Program-made: the position numbers and the translations under genes
Notes under the pieces: generated by a model
Databases searched by the model: none
Told to the model about the DNA's origin: nothing
The model's input: the letters and a program-made list of their open reading frames with translations, nothing else
DNA from: an uncultured Acidobacteriota bacterium
Lineage (GTDB): Bacteria > Acidobacteriota > Thermoanaerobaculia > Multivoradales > JAHEKO01
Direction of reading: 5' to 3'
Length of the DNA: 64,000 bases
Assembly: GCA_963713825.1 (NCBI GenBank)
Contig: CAVQNG010000025.1
Span: forward strand, 320,001-384,000
In this document: one piece after another, positions 9,108 through 20,453 of the stretch
Numbering within the stretch: the first letter of the stretch is position 1
Layout of the letters: each line of letters starts with the position of its first letter

Positions 9108-9941
9108 TCAGCGTTCCAAGCCCAGTGTGCTCCGGGTTTCGTTCGGAGTGGAGATCTCCCGACCGTACTCGTCGGCCAGATCGACGATGCGCTGGACCTG
9201 CATCCGGTTGCTGGCCAGGGTCGTTCGGTCCTCATCGAAGTAGATGTTGTCTTCGAGCCCCACGCGCACATGTCCCCCCCGCGCGATCGCCCAGCGGTGG
9301 ACCTGCAATTGGCAGTCCCCGATGCCTGCCAGCGCCCAGGTCGCACCTTCCGGAAGGCTCTCCAACATGAGGTCCAGGGTGGGCTCCGTCGCCTGAGCCG
9401 TGGCGATGTTGCCGAGGAGCAGGTTGAAATAGCCTGGTGACTCGAGAAGACCCTTCTTCATGAGGTACTTGCCGTAGTTGATCATTCCGGCTTCGAACAC
9501 CTCTAACTCGGGACGGATCCCGCGATCCAGCATGCGTTGCGCCAGAGCCTGGATGGTCTCGGGAGAATTGACGCTGGCCGTGCGAGCGAAGTTCATGGAG
9601 CCGAGCGTCAGGCTGGCCATGTCCGGCTTGCTGTCGCCGGGCAGATCGAGCGCCGCCGACCGGTCCTCAACGCGCGGGTGGGTGCGGCCGCTCGTCGTCA
9701 CACACAGAATCAGGTCCGGCCGCTCCTGCCGAATCCTCTGGAGGATCTCTGAGTACACCTCTGGATCGGGAGTGGGCCTGCCCTGATCGTCTCGAGCGTG
9801 AATGTGGACGATGCTCACGCCGAGCACGGCGCAACCGAGGACGTCGTCGACGATTTCATCGACCGAGATTGGCACCAGTGGTGTCATGGCTTTCGTTGGC
9901 ACCATGCCGGTCGGCGTAAAGTTGACGATGAGCTTGTTCAT
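9108..9941 (-). CDS. Beta-keto acid cleavage enzyme (BKACE/DUF849, Kce family)
   Basis: TPTG, VHIHARD, PDMASL, PELEVF, GGHVRVGLEDN. Confidence 0.92.
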   Translation of the reverse strand: MNKLIVNFTPTGMVPTKAMTPLVPISVDEIVDDVLGCAVLGVSIVHIHARDDQGRPTPDPEVYSEILQRIRQERPDLILCVTTSGRTHPRVEDRSAALDLPGDSKPDMASLTLGSMNFARTASVNSPETIQALAQRMLDRGIRPELEVFEAGMINYGKYLMKKGLLESPGYFNLLLGNIATAQATEPTLDLMLESLPEGATWALAGIGDCQLQVHRWAIARGGHVRVGLEDNIYFDEDRTTLASNRMQVQRIVDLADEYGREISTPNETRSTLGLER

Positions 9942-10127
9942 GGTTCGAAGTCTTTCCGCTCTGGATTGGGCCTCGTCATACCGCAGTCCGTGGTCACCGA
10001 TGTCGTCTCAATCTTATGGGATTCTCTCTCGGGTGGAGCATAATTGGCAGTCTCCATTGAGACGGGTGCGGCGCCCGATCCGGGGCGCCATTCGAAGCGT
10101 CGGCAGCCGGCCGTTCGAGGAATCGGT

Positions 10128-11810
10128 GTGAAGCAACAGGCAGAAATCCTCCACCGGGTTGTCAGGGACCTTGGCAGCATTCCTGTAGGGAGGCTGCTAG
10201 CCCTGCCGGTGAGACTGCCAAGGGCTCTCAGGGCGTTCTTCGCTTCAGCGCTGGATCGGGAGACTGCTCGAGAAGCTATTGGGCAGAGCTTGCTCAGCCG
10301 TGAAGAGCGGTTTCTGGAGATCGCGCGGGATCAGGTCTTCGACAACCCCAAGAGTCCCTATCTCCCGTTGTTTCGCCACGTCGGTTGTGAGCTCAGTGAC
10401 TTGCGAGCAAACGTCGAGCGGCATGGTTTGGAAGTGACGTTGAGCCGCCTGGCCCAAGAGGGTGTCTACCTGTCGGCAGATGAGTTCAAAGGGAAGTGCC
10501 CGGTGGTTCGCGGACAACTCTGCCTCGAAGTATCACCGTCGTCCTTCGAGCCGCGCCGGCCCGCGCTGGGCCTGCCGACGGAGAGTAGCGGCAGCAGCAA
10601 CCGTCCAGTCAGGTCGCTGAGCAGCCTGGCCTGGCTCGGCGCGGAGAGCCCGACTACGGCGCTCTTTCTCGCTGCGCACCGACTCGAGGAGCACGCCCAC
10701 GCCGCAGTGGATGTCATCCTTCCGGGAGGCGCTGGGATGCTCTTTCTCCTCATGGTGGCCAAAGCGGGCATCGCGCCTGAAAAGTGGTTCTGTCGGGCAG
10801 CCCACGCTGGGTGGGCGGAGCAGCTGTACCAGGCCTCGATTGCACGGCAGGTCATTCGCGGAGCCCGGCGCTACGGACCGGGCTTTCCGAATGCCGAATC
10901 GATTGACTATCGTGACTTGCGCCCAGTCGTTCGGTGGGTCGGCCGTCGAGTCGACCAGGGAACCCCTTGTTGTATTCGATGCGTCGCAAGCAACGCCGTG
11001 AAGATCGCCAAGACGGCGCTGGAGATGCGAGAGTCGTTGAGCTCGGTGCTCTTCGTGGTCAGTGGAGAGCCGTTCACCGGCTCCAAGCGTCAGGTGGTGG
11101 AATCGGCCGGCGCTCAGTTCACGGTTCAGTACGGGTACACGCCCGGGGCGGTGCATGTCAGCCGGGGCTGCGCCCAACGCAACGCGACCGACGATATGCA
11201 CGTGGATCAGACGACTCTGGCAGTCGTGGATCACTCTCGAGCCGTTGATGGAGACCCTCTAGGAGTCCGCCCCCTGCTGTTCACGACGCTGCACCCCGCC
11301 GCGGCAATGCTGCAGATCAACGTCGAGAACGGAGACTACGCTGTTCTGGAGCGGCGTCAGTGTGGCTGCGCTTTGGGCGAGGCCGGCCTCGACCTCCACA
11401 TTCATCACGTGCGCAGCTTCGAGAAGTTCACCTGTCAGGGGATGAACTATGCCTTTACGGATCTTTACGAGCTGATGGAAAACCGCCTGCCAGCCAGGTT
11501 CGGGGGCGGTCCAGGAGACTATCAGCTGGTAGAGGAAGGGCAGGATGACGGAGATGTATTGCTCATCCTGCGGGTCGATCCCAGCCTGGGAAACCTCGAC
11601 CATGGCGCCGTCCTTCGGGAGCTCGTAGACGGTTTGTCAGCGAGCTCCAGGACTCAGCGCTTCATGGCCAGGATCTGGCAAGAGGCCGGGATCCTGACGG
11701 TGCGCCGCGAATCACCCAAGATGAGCGAACGGGGTAAGGTGCTTCCTCTTCTTGCGGCTAGCCGCCTGGATAGGAGTGACCCCCGCGCAGCCCTGGTGAG
11801 CGAGCCGTAG
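10128..11810 (+). CDS. Phenylacetate-CoA ligase (PaaK/CapK)-like adenylate-forming protein
   Basis: ESSGSSNRP (P-loop-like), SGEPFT, YGYT, LLFTTL, INVENGD, CGCAL; GTG 10128 with GAGG RBS. Confidence 0.65.
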   Translation: MKQQAEILHRVVRDLGSIPVGRLLALPVRLPRALRAFFASALDRETAREAIGQSLLSREERFLEIARDQVFDNPKSPYLPLFRHVGCELSDLRANVERHGLEVTLSRLAQEGVYLSADEFKGKCPVVRGQLCLEVSPSSFEPRRPALGLPTESSGSSNRPVRSLSSLAWLGAESPTTALFLAAHRLEEHAHAAVDVILPGGAGMLFLLMVAKAGIAPEKWFCRAAHAGWAEQLYQASIARQVIRGARRYGPGFPNAESIDYRDLRPVVRWVGRRVDQGTPCCIRCVASNAVKIAKTALEMRESLSSVLFVVSGEPFTGSKRQVVESAGAQFTVQYGYTPGAVHVSRGCAQRNATDDMHVDQTTLAVVDHSRAVDGDPLGVRPLLFTTLHPAAAMLQINVENGDYAVLERRQCGCALGEAGLDLHIHHVRSFEKFTCQGMNYAFTDLYELMENRLPARFGGGPGDYQLVEEGQDDGDVLLILRVDPSLGNLDHGAVLRELVDGLSASSRTQRFMARIWQEAGILTVRRESPKMSERGKVLPLLAASRLDRSDPRAALVSEP

Positions 11811-11820
11811 GCTCCTCACG
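11797..11820. terminator. Hairpin between convergent genes
   Basis: GTGAG-C-GAGCC-GTA-GGCTC-CTCAC imperfect inverted repeat. Confidence 0.4.
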
Positions 11821-11863
11821 GCGGTTGCGAGATGTCGAGCTGAATGACTCGTGTGTAGTTGCT

Positions 11864-13093
11864 TCAGTTCCCGATTTGACCATTCAGGTCGAGGGTAGAG
11901 AACACCAAGTCGAAATTGTCTGCAGCGTTGTCGTTTGCGGCTCGGACCCCCGGACCCTCTTCCCAGATGATGTATGCGAAACCGCCCTCGGGTGCGGCAG
12001 CCACTCTCAGGAAGCCCAAGTTGGCACCCGAAAGGCTCGTTACCCTGCGCTCGCCATCTCCACCATCGAGGTCTGCTAGCCAATCGCCGCTCTCGTAGAC
12101 GTTGAAGCGGCCGCCGAACGAGCCGAAGTAGAGGTTGTCGTTGGCATCTGCAGAAACAACGGGCAGCTTTCGATCACCGGCCTCGACGGCCAGCCCCAGG
12201 TGCTGCCACTGGCTGGGCTCGCCGCTCTTGCGGTAGGCGTCACCCCGTCCGCTGACCGCATACAGCGCGCCGCTCGGCGAGGCGATGCCGCTGGGCTCTT
12301 CGTCGTCGTTGCCGCTGACACCACCGCCGGCCCAGTTCTGCCCCTTGTCTTCAGAGGTGCGGTAGGCGAAGTTGGTGGGCTTGCCGTGCCGATAGACGAC
12401 GTGTACCGAGTCATCGATCGGATTGACGAAAACGGTGCCGTAGACGTGGTCGTTTCTGCCCAGCGGTAGGCCATTGGCGATATCCGGATCCGGCAGTATG
12501 TTCAAGCTGTTGGAGCCTGCCAGTCGGAGCCGGGCACCGAGGTATCCTCCAAAGGATCCTCCCCGTCTGACGATATAGACGTTGTCCTTGCTGTCGATGG
12601 CGAGATCGGTGTCGCGATTCAGATTGTCGCTGAATACCACCCACTGGCTACCGTTCCAGTAGGCATAGCGCCCCGTGCCATTGCCTCTTCCTCCCAGCAC
12701 ATGGGGTCTGTCCTTCGAATCGATGACGATCCGTGGCTTGTTCCTGTAGCTCGCGAACTGATCGATTTTGGTCCACTGCTCATTGGACCAGGTCTCGGAC
12801 TGAGCGTCGAACTGCCGATACCAGAGCTTGCCGTCACGAGCGTAGGCCAGGTGCACGTCGCCCTGCGAGTCGACTGCCAGGGCGGGGTAGGCCCCAGTCG
12901 CCACGACCTTCGACCCGAGACCATCGGGTGGGGGATAGATTGAGGACCAGGAGGTGAGATTCCCTGACTCGAAGTCGTCATCGAGGAGGACCGTCTGGGC
13001 CCTTGCGCTGACGGCAAATCCGAGAGGAATCAGAAGCGACAGGAGAGCCGCCAGGCGACCGATTCCAAGAGTGCGCTGTGGAGTTGGGGACAT
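11864..13093 (-). CDS. Secreted beta-propeller-like (BNR/sialidase-fold-like) protein
   Basis: Signal peptide ending ARA; repeated LAVDSQGDVHLAY / IVIDSKDRPHV / LAIDSKDNVYI blades; Asp-box SEDKGQNW. Confidence 0.7.
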   Translation of the reverse strand: MSPTPQRTLGIGRLAALLSLLIPLGFAVSARAQTVLLDDDFESGNLTSWSSIYPPPDGLGSKVVATGAYPALAVDSQGDVHLAYARDGKLWYRQFDAQSETWSNEQWTKIDQFASYRNKPRIVIDSKDRPHVLGGRGNGTGRYAYWNGSQWVVFSDNLNRDTDLAIDSKDNVYIVRRGGSFGGYLGARLRLAGSNSLNILPDPDIANGLPLGRNDHVYGTVFVNPIDDSVHVVYRHGKPTNFAYRTSEDKGQNWAGGGVSGNDDEEPSGIASPSGALYAVSGRGDAYRKSGEPSQWQHLGLAVEAGDRKLPVVSADANDNLYFGSFGGRFNVYESGDWLADLDGGDGERRVTSLSGANLGFLRVAAAPEGGFAYIIWEEGPGVRAANDNAADNFDLVFSTLDLNGQIGN

Positions 13094-13325
13094 CGACGTG
13101 TCTGGGACCATTGGATACACCTGTGCTCAGTCTGCTGTTCTAGTGTGACTGCTCGATCTGATACGTGGGCCACGACCGGCGTCGAATCACGGTTCGACGG
13201 CCGCTGTCCGGGCGACGAATCTCGTCCCTCCGAACAGCGACGTCGGGCCCATTTGGGGCGCGACTCTAGCAGAATCGCCAGATTCGGCAAATGAAATGCC
13301 CTACAGTCGAACTTGGGGGCCGCAA

Positions 13326-14819
<1,494 letters not shown>

Positions 14820-14892
14820 GTCCTTGTCTCCTGTGGGAGTCGAATGACTCGAAGGTCTCATTGTCGTTTTGGACGGCTCGAAAATCGTTGGT

Positions 14893-15906
14893 TCATGCTC
14901 CGATGGCGGCTGATTCGGGGATCGGCATGGCTTCTCTCATGGGTTGCCGAGCGCTGGCGGCAAACAGAGCCGGGCCGAGCGCGTCGGGATCGGCTGGCAG
15001 CGGATGGACCCGGATCGCCTTGAGCCCCAACTCGTCGAACCACCCTCGGATCTGCTGCTCGGTAAATCCGAGCCAGAGATGTCCCATTTGATGACGGTAC
15101 TCGTCCCGTTGGTGCGGCAGCATATCGACGACGAGGAGTCGCCCGCCTGGTTTGAGGGCCCGCATTGCCTCTTCGATCGCCGATTGAGGATCCGTGACGT
15201 GATGCAGCACCAGCATCAGGATGGCGACATCGAGTTCCCCATTGCCGACCGGTAGCGCTTCCAGGCGGCCGCGGCGAAGCTCGACGTTCGGCATCTCCTG
15301 CAGACGCGACCGTGCGGTATCCAACATCGCCTCCGAATCGTCGACGGCAATCACCCTTTGGACCCAGGGTGCCAGCGTGCAGGAGGTCTGTCCGGTGCCA
15401 CAGCCCAGGTCACCGACGATCCACCGGGCATCCAGCAGACCCACCAGTCCTTCGAGATCGAAGCGCTGCCCGAACAGCTCACTGCGGACGGCCGGCCACC
15501 GATCGGCAGTCGACGCGAAGAACTCCTGGGATCGCGACAGGCGCTGCGCCAGGATACTCGTCAGTCGTTGTCGATCCTGGTCCACTGCCGGGCTGGTCAC
15601 GACCTGTTTTCGCACCAGAGCCCAGAGTTTGCGATCCGGTCCGGCGAGCGCGTTCGTGTTGGCCAGGTAGAGACGGCTGGTGCCTTCCCGTCGTGCGACA
15701 ACCCAGCCACCCTCGTCCAGCGCCTTGAGATGACGACTGACGGACGACTGCGGCATCTGCAAGACTGCGCAGAGCTCCGAGACGGTCAGCTCCTGCCCGT
15801 CCAGTAGCAGCAGGATCCTGCATCGCAGAGGCTCTCTCAAGGTCGACATGCTGTCGAACACAGAGGCCTCTCCTGCGGGCATGGGCGATTGGATCAATCC
15901 GTTCAT
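14893..15906 (-). CDS. sahR: ArsR HTH + methyltransferase-domain regulator (SahR-like)
   Basis: [21 protein letters not shown]; SQEFF..W; DLGCGTG; directly upstream of ahcY; start uncertain (15906, 15882 or 15849). Confidence 0.85.
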   Translation of the reverse strand: MNGLIQSPMPAGEASVFDSMSTLREPLRCRILLLLDGQELTVSELCAVLQMPQSSVSRHLKALDEGGWVVARREGTSRLYLANTNALAGPDRKLWALVRKQVVTSPAVDQDRQRLTSILAQRLSRSQEFFASTADRWPAVRSELFGQRFDLEGLVGLLDARWIVGDLGCGTGQTSCTLAPWVQRVIAVDDSEAMLDTARSRLQEMPNVELRRGRLEALPVGNGELDVAILMLVLHHVTDPQSAIEEAMRALKPGGRLLVVDMLPHQRDEYRHQMGHLWLGFTEQQIRGWFDELGLKAIRVHPLPADPDALGPALFAASARQPMREAMPIPESAAIGA

Positions 15907-15944
15907 CCGGATGAAAGGATAAATGAATTGTTAAGGGCTGTCAA
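15897..15944 (-). promoter_or_regulatory. Sigma70 promoter with overlapping palindromic operator for sahR-ahcY
   Basis: TTGACA (15944-15939)-17 bp-TATCCT (15921-15916); 24-bp near-perfect palindrome ATCCGTTCATCCGGATGAAAGGAT at 15897-15920. Confidence 0.8.
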
Positions 15945-16006
15945 GGACGAAGCCAACTGCCCACGAGCCCTGCCGAGACGGGCTGGTACTAGAACGCCCG
16001 GAGGGA

Positions 16007-16495
16007 TCAGCGATCGTAGATGAGGAACGAGTAGGGATGGGCGTTTCGATCGTCCGCCGGATGGTCTTCTCGAAAGACCTGCTGCCACGCGGCTTCCTGC
16101 CAGGCAGGAAACAGGGTGTCGCCTTCGCAGTCGGCATGAACGCGGGTGAGGTAGAGGCGATCGGCGGCAGGCAATGCCTGAGCGTAGATCTCAGCTCCAC
16201 CGGCGATGAACGGCTCGTCATCCCCGTGGGCTCGAGCGAGCTCCACAGCCTGTTCGAGAGAGTGAGCCAGTTCGACCCCGGCCGGCAGGTCGGGCTGCCC
16301 GCGGGAAATCACCACCGTGGTGCGTCCCGGTAGGACGGTACCGATGGACTCGAAAGTCTTGCGCCCCATGAGGAGGTGGTGACCCATGGTCAGGGCCTTG
16401 AAGCGCTTCAGATCGGCGGACAGTCGCCAGGGCAGGTCGCCATCGCGGCCAATCACCCCGTTGTCGGCAACCGCGACGATGATCGAGAGCCTCAT
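16007..16495 (-). CDS. folA: Dihydrofolate reductase
   Basis: [39 protein letters not shown]. Confidence 0.97.
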   Translation of the reverse strand: MRLSIIVAVADNGVIGRDGDLPWRLSADLKRFKALTMGHHLLMGRKTFESIGTVLPGRTTVVISRGQPDLPAGVELAHSLEQAVELARAHGDDEPFIAGGAEIYAQALPAADRLYLTRVHADCEGDTLFPAWQEAAWQQVFREDHPADDRNAHPYSFLIYDR

Positions 16496-17286
16496 ACTGC
16501 AATCGGCGCCTTGATGTGGGGGTGGGGGTCGTATTCCTCTAGACAGAAGTCCTCGAGCTGAAAATCGAAGACCGATCGGACATCAGGGTTCAGGACCATT
16601 CGGGGCAGGGACCGTGGATCGCGCTCGAGCTGTTGTCGAGCTTGCTCGAAGTGATTCCGATAGAGATGGGCGTCCCCAAAGGTGTGCACGAACTCCCCGG
16701 GCTTCAGATCGCAGGCCTGGGCGACCATCAGGGTGAGCAACGAGTAGGAGGCGATGTTGAACGGAACTCCGAGAAAGACATCCGCACTGCGCTGATACAA
16801 CTGACAAGAGAGGCGGCCCGAGGCGACGTAGAACTGGAACAGGAGATGGCAGGGAGGAAGGGCCATGTTCTCGACATCGCTGACGTTCCAGGCGCTGACG
16901 ATATGGCGACGTGAGTCGGGGCTCTGCCGGATCTGCTCGATGACCTGGGTGATCTGGTCGATTTTGCGCCCGTCGGCGGTTGGCCACGAGCGCCATTGAT
17001 AGCCATAGACCGGTCCCAATTCACCGTTCTCGTCTGCCCACGCGTTCCAGATGCGGACACCGTTCTCGTTGAGGTATCGGATGTTGGTGTCACCCGTCAG
17101 AAACCACAGCAACTCATGAATGATGGATGGCGTGTGGAGTTTCTTGGTGGTCAACATTGGGAAACGATCGCCGAGGTCGAATCGCATCTGATGGCCAAAG
17201 ATGCTCCGTGTGCCGGTGCCCGTGCGGTCCGATTTGTCGACTCCGTCGTCGAGGATGTGCTGCAAGAGGTCCAGGTACTGTTGCAT
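16492..17286 (-). CDS. thyA: Thymidylate synthase
   Basis: [32 protein letters not shown]. Confidence 0.98.
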   Translation of the reverse strand: MQQYLDLLQHILDDGVDKSDRTGTGTRSIFGHQMRFDLGDRFPMLTTKKLHTPSIIHELLWFLTGDTNIRYLNENGVRIWNAWADENGELGPVYGYQWRSWPTADGRKIDQITQVIEQIRQSPDSRRHIVSAWNVSDVENMALPPCHLLFQFYVASGRLSCQLYQRSADVFLGVPFNIASYSLLTLMVAQACDLKPGEFVHTFGDAHLYRNHFEQARQQLERDPRSLPRMVLNPDVRSVFDFQLEDFCLEEYDPHPHIKAPIAV

Positions 17287-17456
17287 GGTGCTGAAAGGCT
17301 ATTGTTTTGGGCCCGACGAAGCAACCGCGCTCCCAGTCGGCAGGACGTATAAGCTTGCCGGAGCTTGCGGCGATTGCCGATGGCCGAAGAAGAGGATCTA
17401 GCATAGCTCCGGCCCGGCGGACTCGACCCCGAGCGTCGGAGCGTCGAGATCGATCC

Positions 17457-18857
17457 ATGGCAAGCGGCGATACCATGCACCGGGTCCGGAAGACACTCAG
17501 TTCGACAGCGCAATCGACGCGGGTCCTTTCGCTGGCACCCCTCGGTGTCATTGTGGGAATGCTGTTGGCATGGGCCGCGAATGGGTCGGCCGCCCCGGAA
17601 CCCGCCAGGGTCGGCTCGCCCACCGTGCCAGTGGTCTTCGTTCCAGGAGTGACTGGTGTGGAGCTTCGGGAGGCCGGAAGAACCAGGATCCTCTGGGGAA
17701 AGGGCCACAATTTGATGTTCCCTCGGGATCACGGCTACAACATTGCCAGAGCCATCGAATCGGGCCCCAGCCGCTCCGGAGTGGAAGCAGGAGAGGTCAT
17801 CCTACGGCTGCGCCTGGCAGGTGTCGTTCGGAAGCCGGTCTATCAGCCCCTCGTGGACCTGCTGGAGTCGAATGGCTACCGCGTCGGCGACCTGGCCAGG
17901 CCGCGACCCGAAGACTCACTTTTCCTGTTCGGTTACGACTGGCGACAGAGCAACGTCGAATCGGCCCATCAGCTACTAGAGCGTCTGGAGCGGGTGCGCG
18001 TGACCCGGGGCGACGGCCGACTCGCCGTCGTGCTCGTCTGCCAGAGCAATGGTGCCCATCTATGCCGGTACCTGGCGCGATACGGTGCCGCAACGCTGGA
18101 TCAGGCCGAGTCGGGGAAGGTCGATGTACCCGCCACCCTGGATATCCAGAAGATCGTACTCATGGGCGCTTCGAATGGTGGCTCTCTCCGTATTCTCCGA
18201 GAGCTGAATCGGGGGAGAAAATACGTGCCCTGGGTAGGACGAAGATGGGCTCCGGAGGCATTCTTTGGCTATGAATCGCTGTATCAGGATCTACCGGCGT
18301 ACACCGACCACCTGTTCGTCGGCCGCGATGGGCAACCGATCTCAGTCGATCTCTACGATGTCGCGTCGTGGAAGAAGTACCAATGGTCGGTCTTCGCGCC
18401 TGCCGTCGGGAGTCGGTTGGCGGAGAACCGACATCCAGAGCTTTTCGGTGATGTCGCTTCCCGAGAGTCGTTTCTTCACCGGGCGCTGCGACTCGCTCAA
18501 CGGGTTCAGGCGCTCTTGCGTAGTGACTCGGGGGGGACGACGGCGGGTCGGTACTACCTGATTCGCAATGACTTCAACGACACGATTGCCAGGGCGCTGC
18601 TGGTCGAAGAAGAAGGTGGATGGAGGACCTACTTTCTCGGCGATGAGGAACTTGATCGATTTCCGAGTGTCCTCGGTCGACTCCGAGCTTCGGGTGACGG
18701 CCATGCCACCTTGGAAAGCCAGGAATGGCTGTCGGCGCCCGAGCGAGAGCTGCTGAGTCCAGAGGTCATGAACGTCGAAGGCCCGCACTTCGCAATGATC
18801 CACAACCGGGAAGCTCAGCGCTATCTCTTGGAGATTCTCTCCGATCACGCTCCATGA
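17457..18857 (+). CDS. Exported lipase/LCAT-like alpha/beta hydrolase
   Basis: VVFVPGVTG, FGYDWRQS, VCQSNG nucleophile elbow, GDG, late His (GPHF); start uncertain. Confidence 0.7.
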   Translation: MASGDTMHRVRKTLSSTAQSTRVLSLAPLGVIVGMLLAWAANGSAAPEPARVGSPTVPVVFVPGVTGVELREAGRTRILWGKGHNLMFPRDHGYNIARAIESGPSRSGVEAGEVILRLRLAGVVRKPVYQPLVDLLESNGYRVGDLARPRPEDSLFLFGYDWRQSNVESAHQLLERLERVRVTRGDGRLAVVLVCQSNGAHLCRYLARYGAATLDQAESGKVDVPATLDIQKIVLMGASNGGSLRILRELNRGRKYVPWVGRRWAPEAFFGYESLYQDLPAYTDHLFVGRDGQPISVDLYDVASWKKYQWSVFAPAVGSRLAENRHPELFGDVASRESFLHRALRLAQRVQALLRSDSGGTTAGRYYLIRNDFNDTIARALLVEEEGGWRTYFLGDEELDRFPSVLGRLRASGDGHATLESQEWLSAPERELLSPEVMNVEGPHFAMIHNREAQRYLLEILSDHAP

Positions 18858-18878
18858 GGAGTCCTCTCGATTACTGAA

Positions 18879-20300
18879 GTGAACGGCATGGAACCAACCG
18901 GGCTACCGACAGCTCATGCCTCGTTCTGGCAGTCGCTGCGGCAAGCCATTCACGGCTCCCAGGAGGACTTCACTCGAGGGAGATTGAGTCGCGCCATCGT
19001 TCTGCTGGCCATTCCGATGGTCCTGGAGATGGTCATGGAGTCGGTGTTCGCCATCTGCGACGTCTTCTTCGTCTCTCGATTGGGGGCGGACGCTGTCGCC
19101 ACCGTCGGGCTCACCGAATCTCTCCTGACCCTGGTCTTTTCCCTGGCGATTGGCCTCAGCATGGGGACTACGGCTCTTGTAGCCCGGCGAACTGGCGAGA
19201 AGGACCCCGAAGGGGCCAGTGTGGCGGGGGCCCAGGCGATCTTCATCGGGCTGTTCGCCTCGGTCGTCGTCGGTGCAGTCGGAGTCCTGACGGGACCTGC
19301 GGCTCTCTCGCTGCTAGGAGCTTCGGACCAGGTGGTCAATCTGGGAGCGGGATACTCGAGAATCCTCCTGGGCGGCTGCGGAACCGTCATGCTGCTCTTC
19401 ATCATCAACGCGGTCTTCCGGGGTGCCGGAGACGCAGCGGTGGCGATGCGGGTCCTGTGGCTGGCGAACTTGATCAACCTGATTCTCGACCCCTGCCTCA
19501 TCTTCGGTCTCGGCCCCTTCCCAGAACTGGGCGTCGCCGGTGCAGCTGTTGCGACGACGATCGGGCGCGGAACCGGCGTCGTCTATCAGTTCTGGATTTT
19601 GGCGCGAGGGACCAGTCGGATCAGGATCCGCCCGGCGGAGATTCGACTGGTTCCGAATGTCATGAAGACGCTATTGAGAGTCTCCTCTGGGGGCATCTTC
19701 CAAGTGCTGGTGGCGACCTGCAGTTGGGTCGCCCTGGTACGCATCATAGCGATCTTCGGCTCGACGGCCGTAGCCGGATACACCATCGCCATTCGGGTCG
19801 TGATCTTCTCGATCCTGCCCGCCTGGGGAATGGCCAACGCCGCCGCGACGCTCGTGGGTCAGAACCTGGGGGCCGGGAAACCCGACCGAGCGGAACGATC
19901 GGCTTGGCTGACGGGCCTCTACAACATGGTCTTCCTCGGCTGCATTGCGGTGCTCTTTCTCGTCTTCGGCGCAGCGATCATCGGCCTGTTCTCCCAGGAC
20001 CCAGGCGTGCTTTCCATCGGCGTGGAGTGTCTGCGCATCATCAGTTACGGCTACGTCTTCTATGCCCTCGGCATGGTTCTGGTGCAGGCTTTCAATGGCG
20101 CCGGGGATACGACGACTCCTTCGCTCATCAACTTCTTCTGCTACTGGCTCTTCCAGATTCCTCTCGCCTATTGGCTGGCGGTGTCTTCTGGCATGGGGCC
20201 GAACGGGGTCTTCTGGGCCATTGCCATCGCCGAGACGATGATCACGGTGGCCGGAGCTAGCCTCTTCCGTCTGGGGCGTTGGAAGAAACGTCAGGTCTGA
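18879..20300 (+). CDS. MATE family efflux transporter
   Basis: LAIPMVLE, DVFFVSRLG, FRGAGD, LDPCLIFG, GQNLGA; about 12 TM segments. Confidence 0.95.
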   Translation: MNGMEPTGLPTAHASFWQSLRQAIHGSQEDFTRGRLSRAIVLLAIPMVLEMVMESVFAICDVFFVSRLGADAVATVGLTESLLTLVFSLAIGLSMGTTALVARRTGEKDPEGASVAGAQAIFIGLFASVVVGAVGVLTGPAALSLLGASDQVVNLGAGYSRILLGGCGTVMLLFIINAVFRGAGDAAVAMRVLWLANLINLILDPCLIFGLGPFPELGVAGAAVATTIGRGTGVVYQFWILARGTSRIRIRPAEIRLVPNVMKTLLRVSSGGIFQVLVATCSWVALVRIIAIFGSTAVAGYTIAIRVVIFSILPAWGMANAAATLVGQNLGAGKPDRAERSAWLTGLYNMVFLGCIAVLFLVFGAAIIGLFSQDPGVLSIGVECLRIISYGYVFYALGMVLVQAFNGAGDTTTPSLINFFCYWLFQIPLAYWLAVSSGMGPNGVFWAIAIAETMITVAGASLFRLGRWKKRQV

Positions 20301-20453
20301 TTGCCTGGGTCGGTTGGCAAATGTGCCGATCGATTGGATCGCCCGAGCCTGTTCCCTGGGGATCGAGTCGGGTTAGTATCGACAGGTCTTTCGAGCGGCA
20401 GAATCCCGCACCTCGACGAGCTGGCGGGCAGCTTCAGCTGGTGGAACTCGGCC

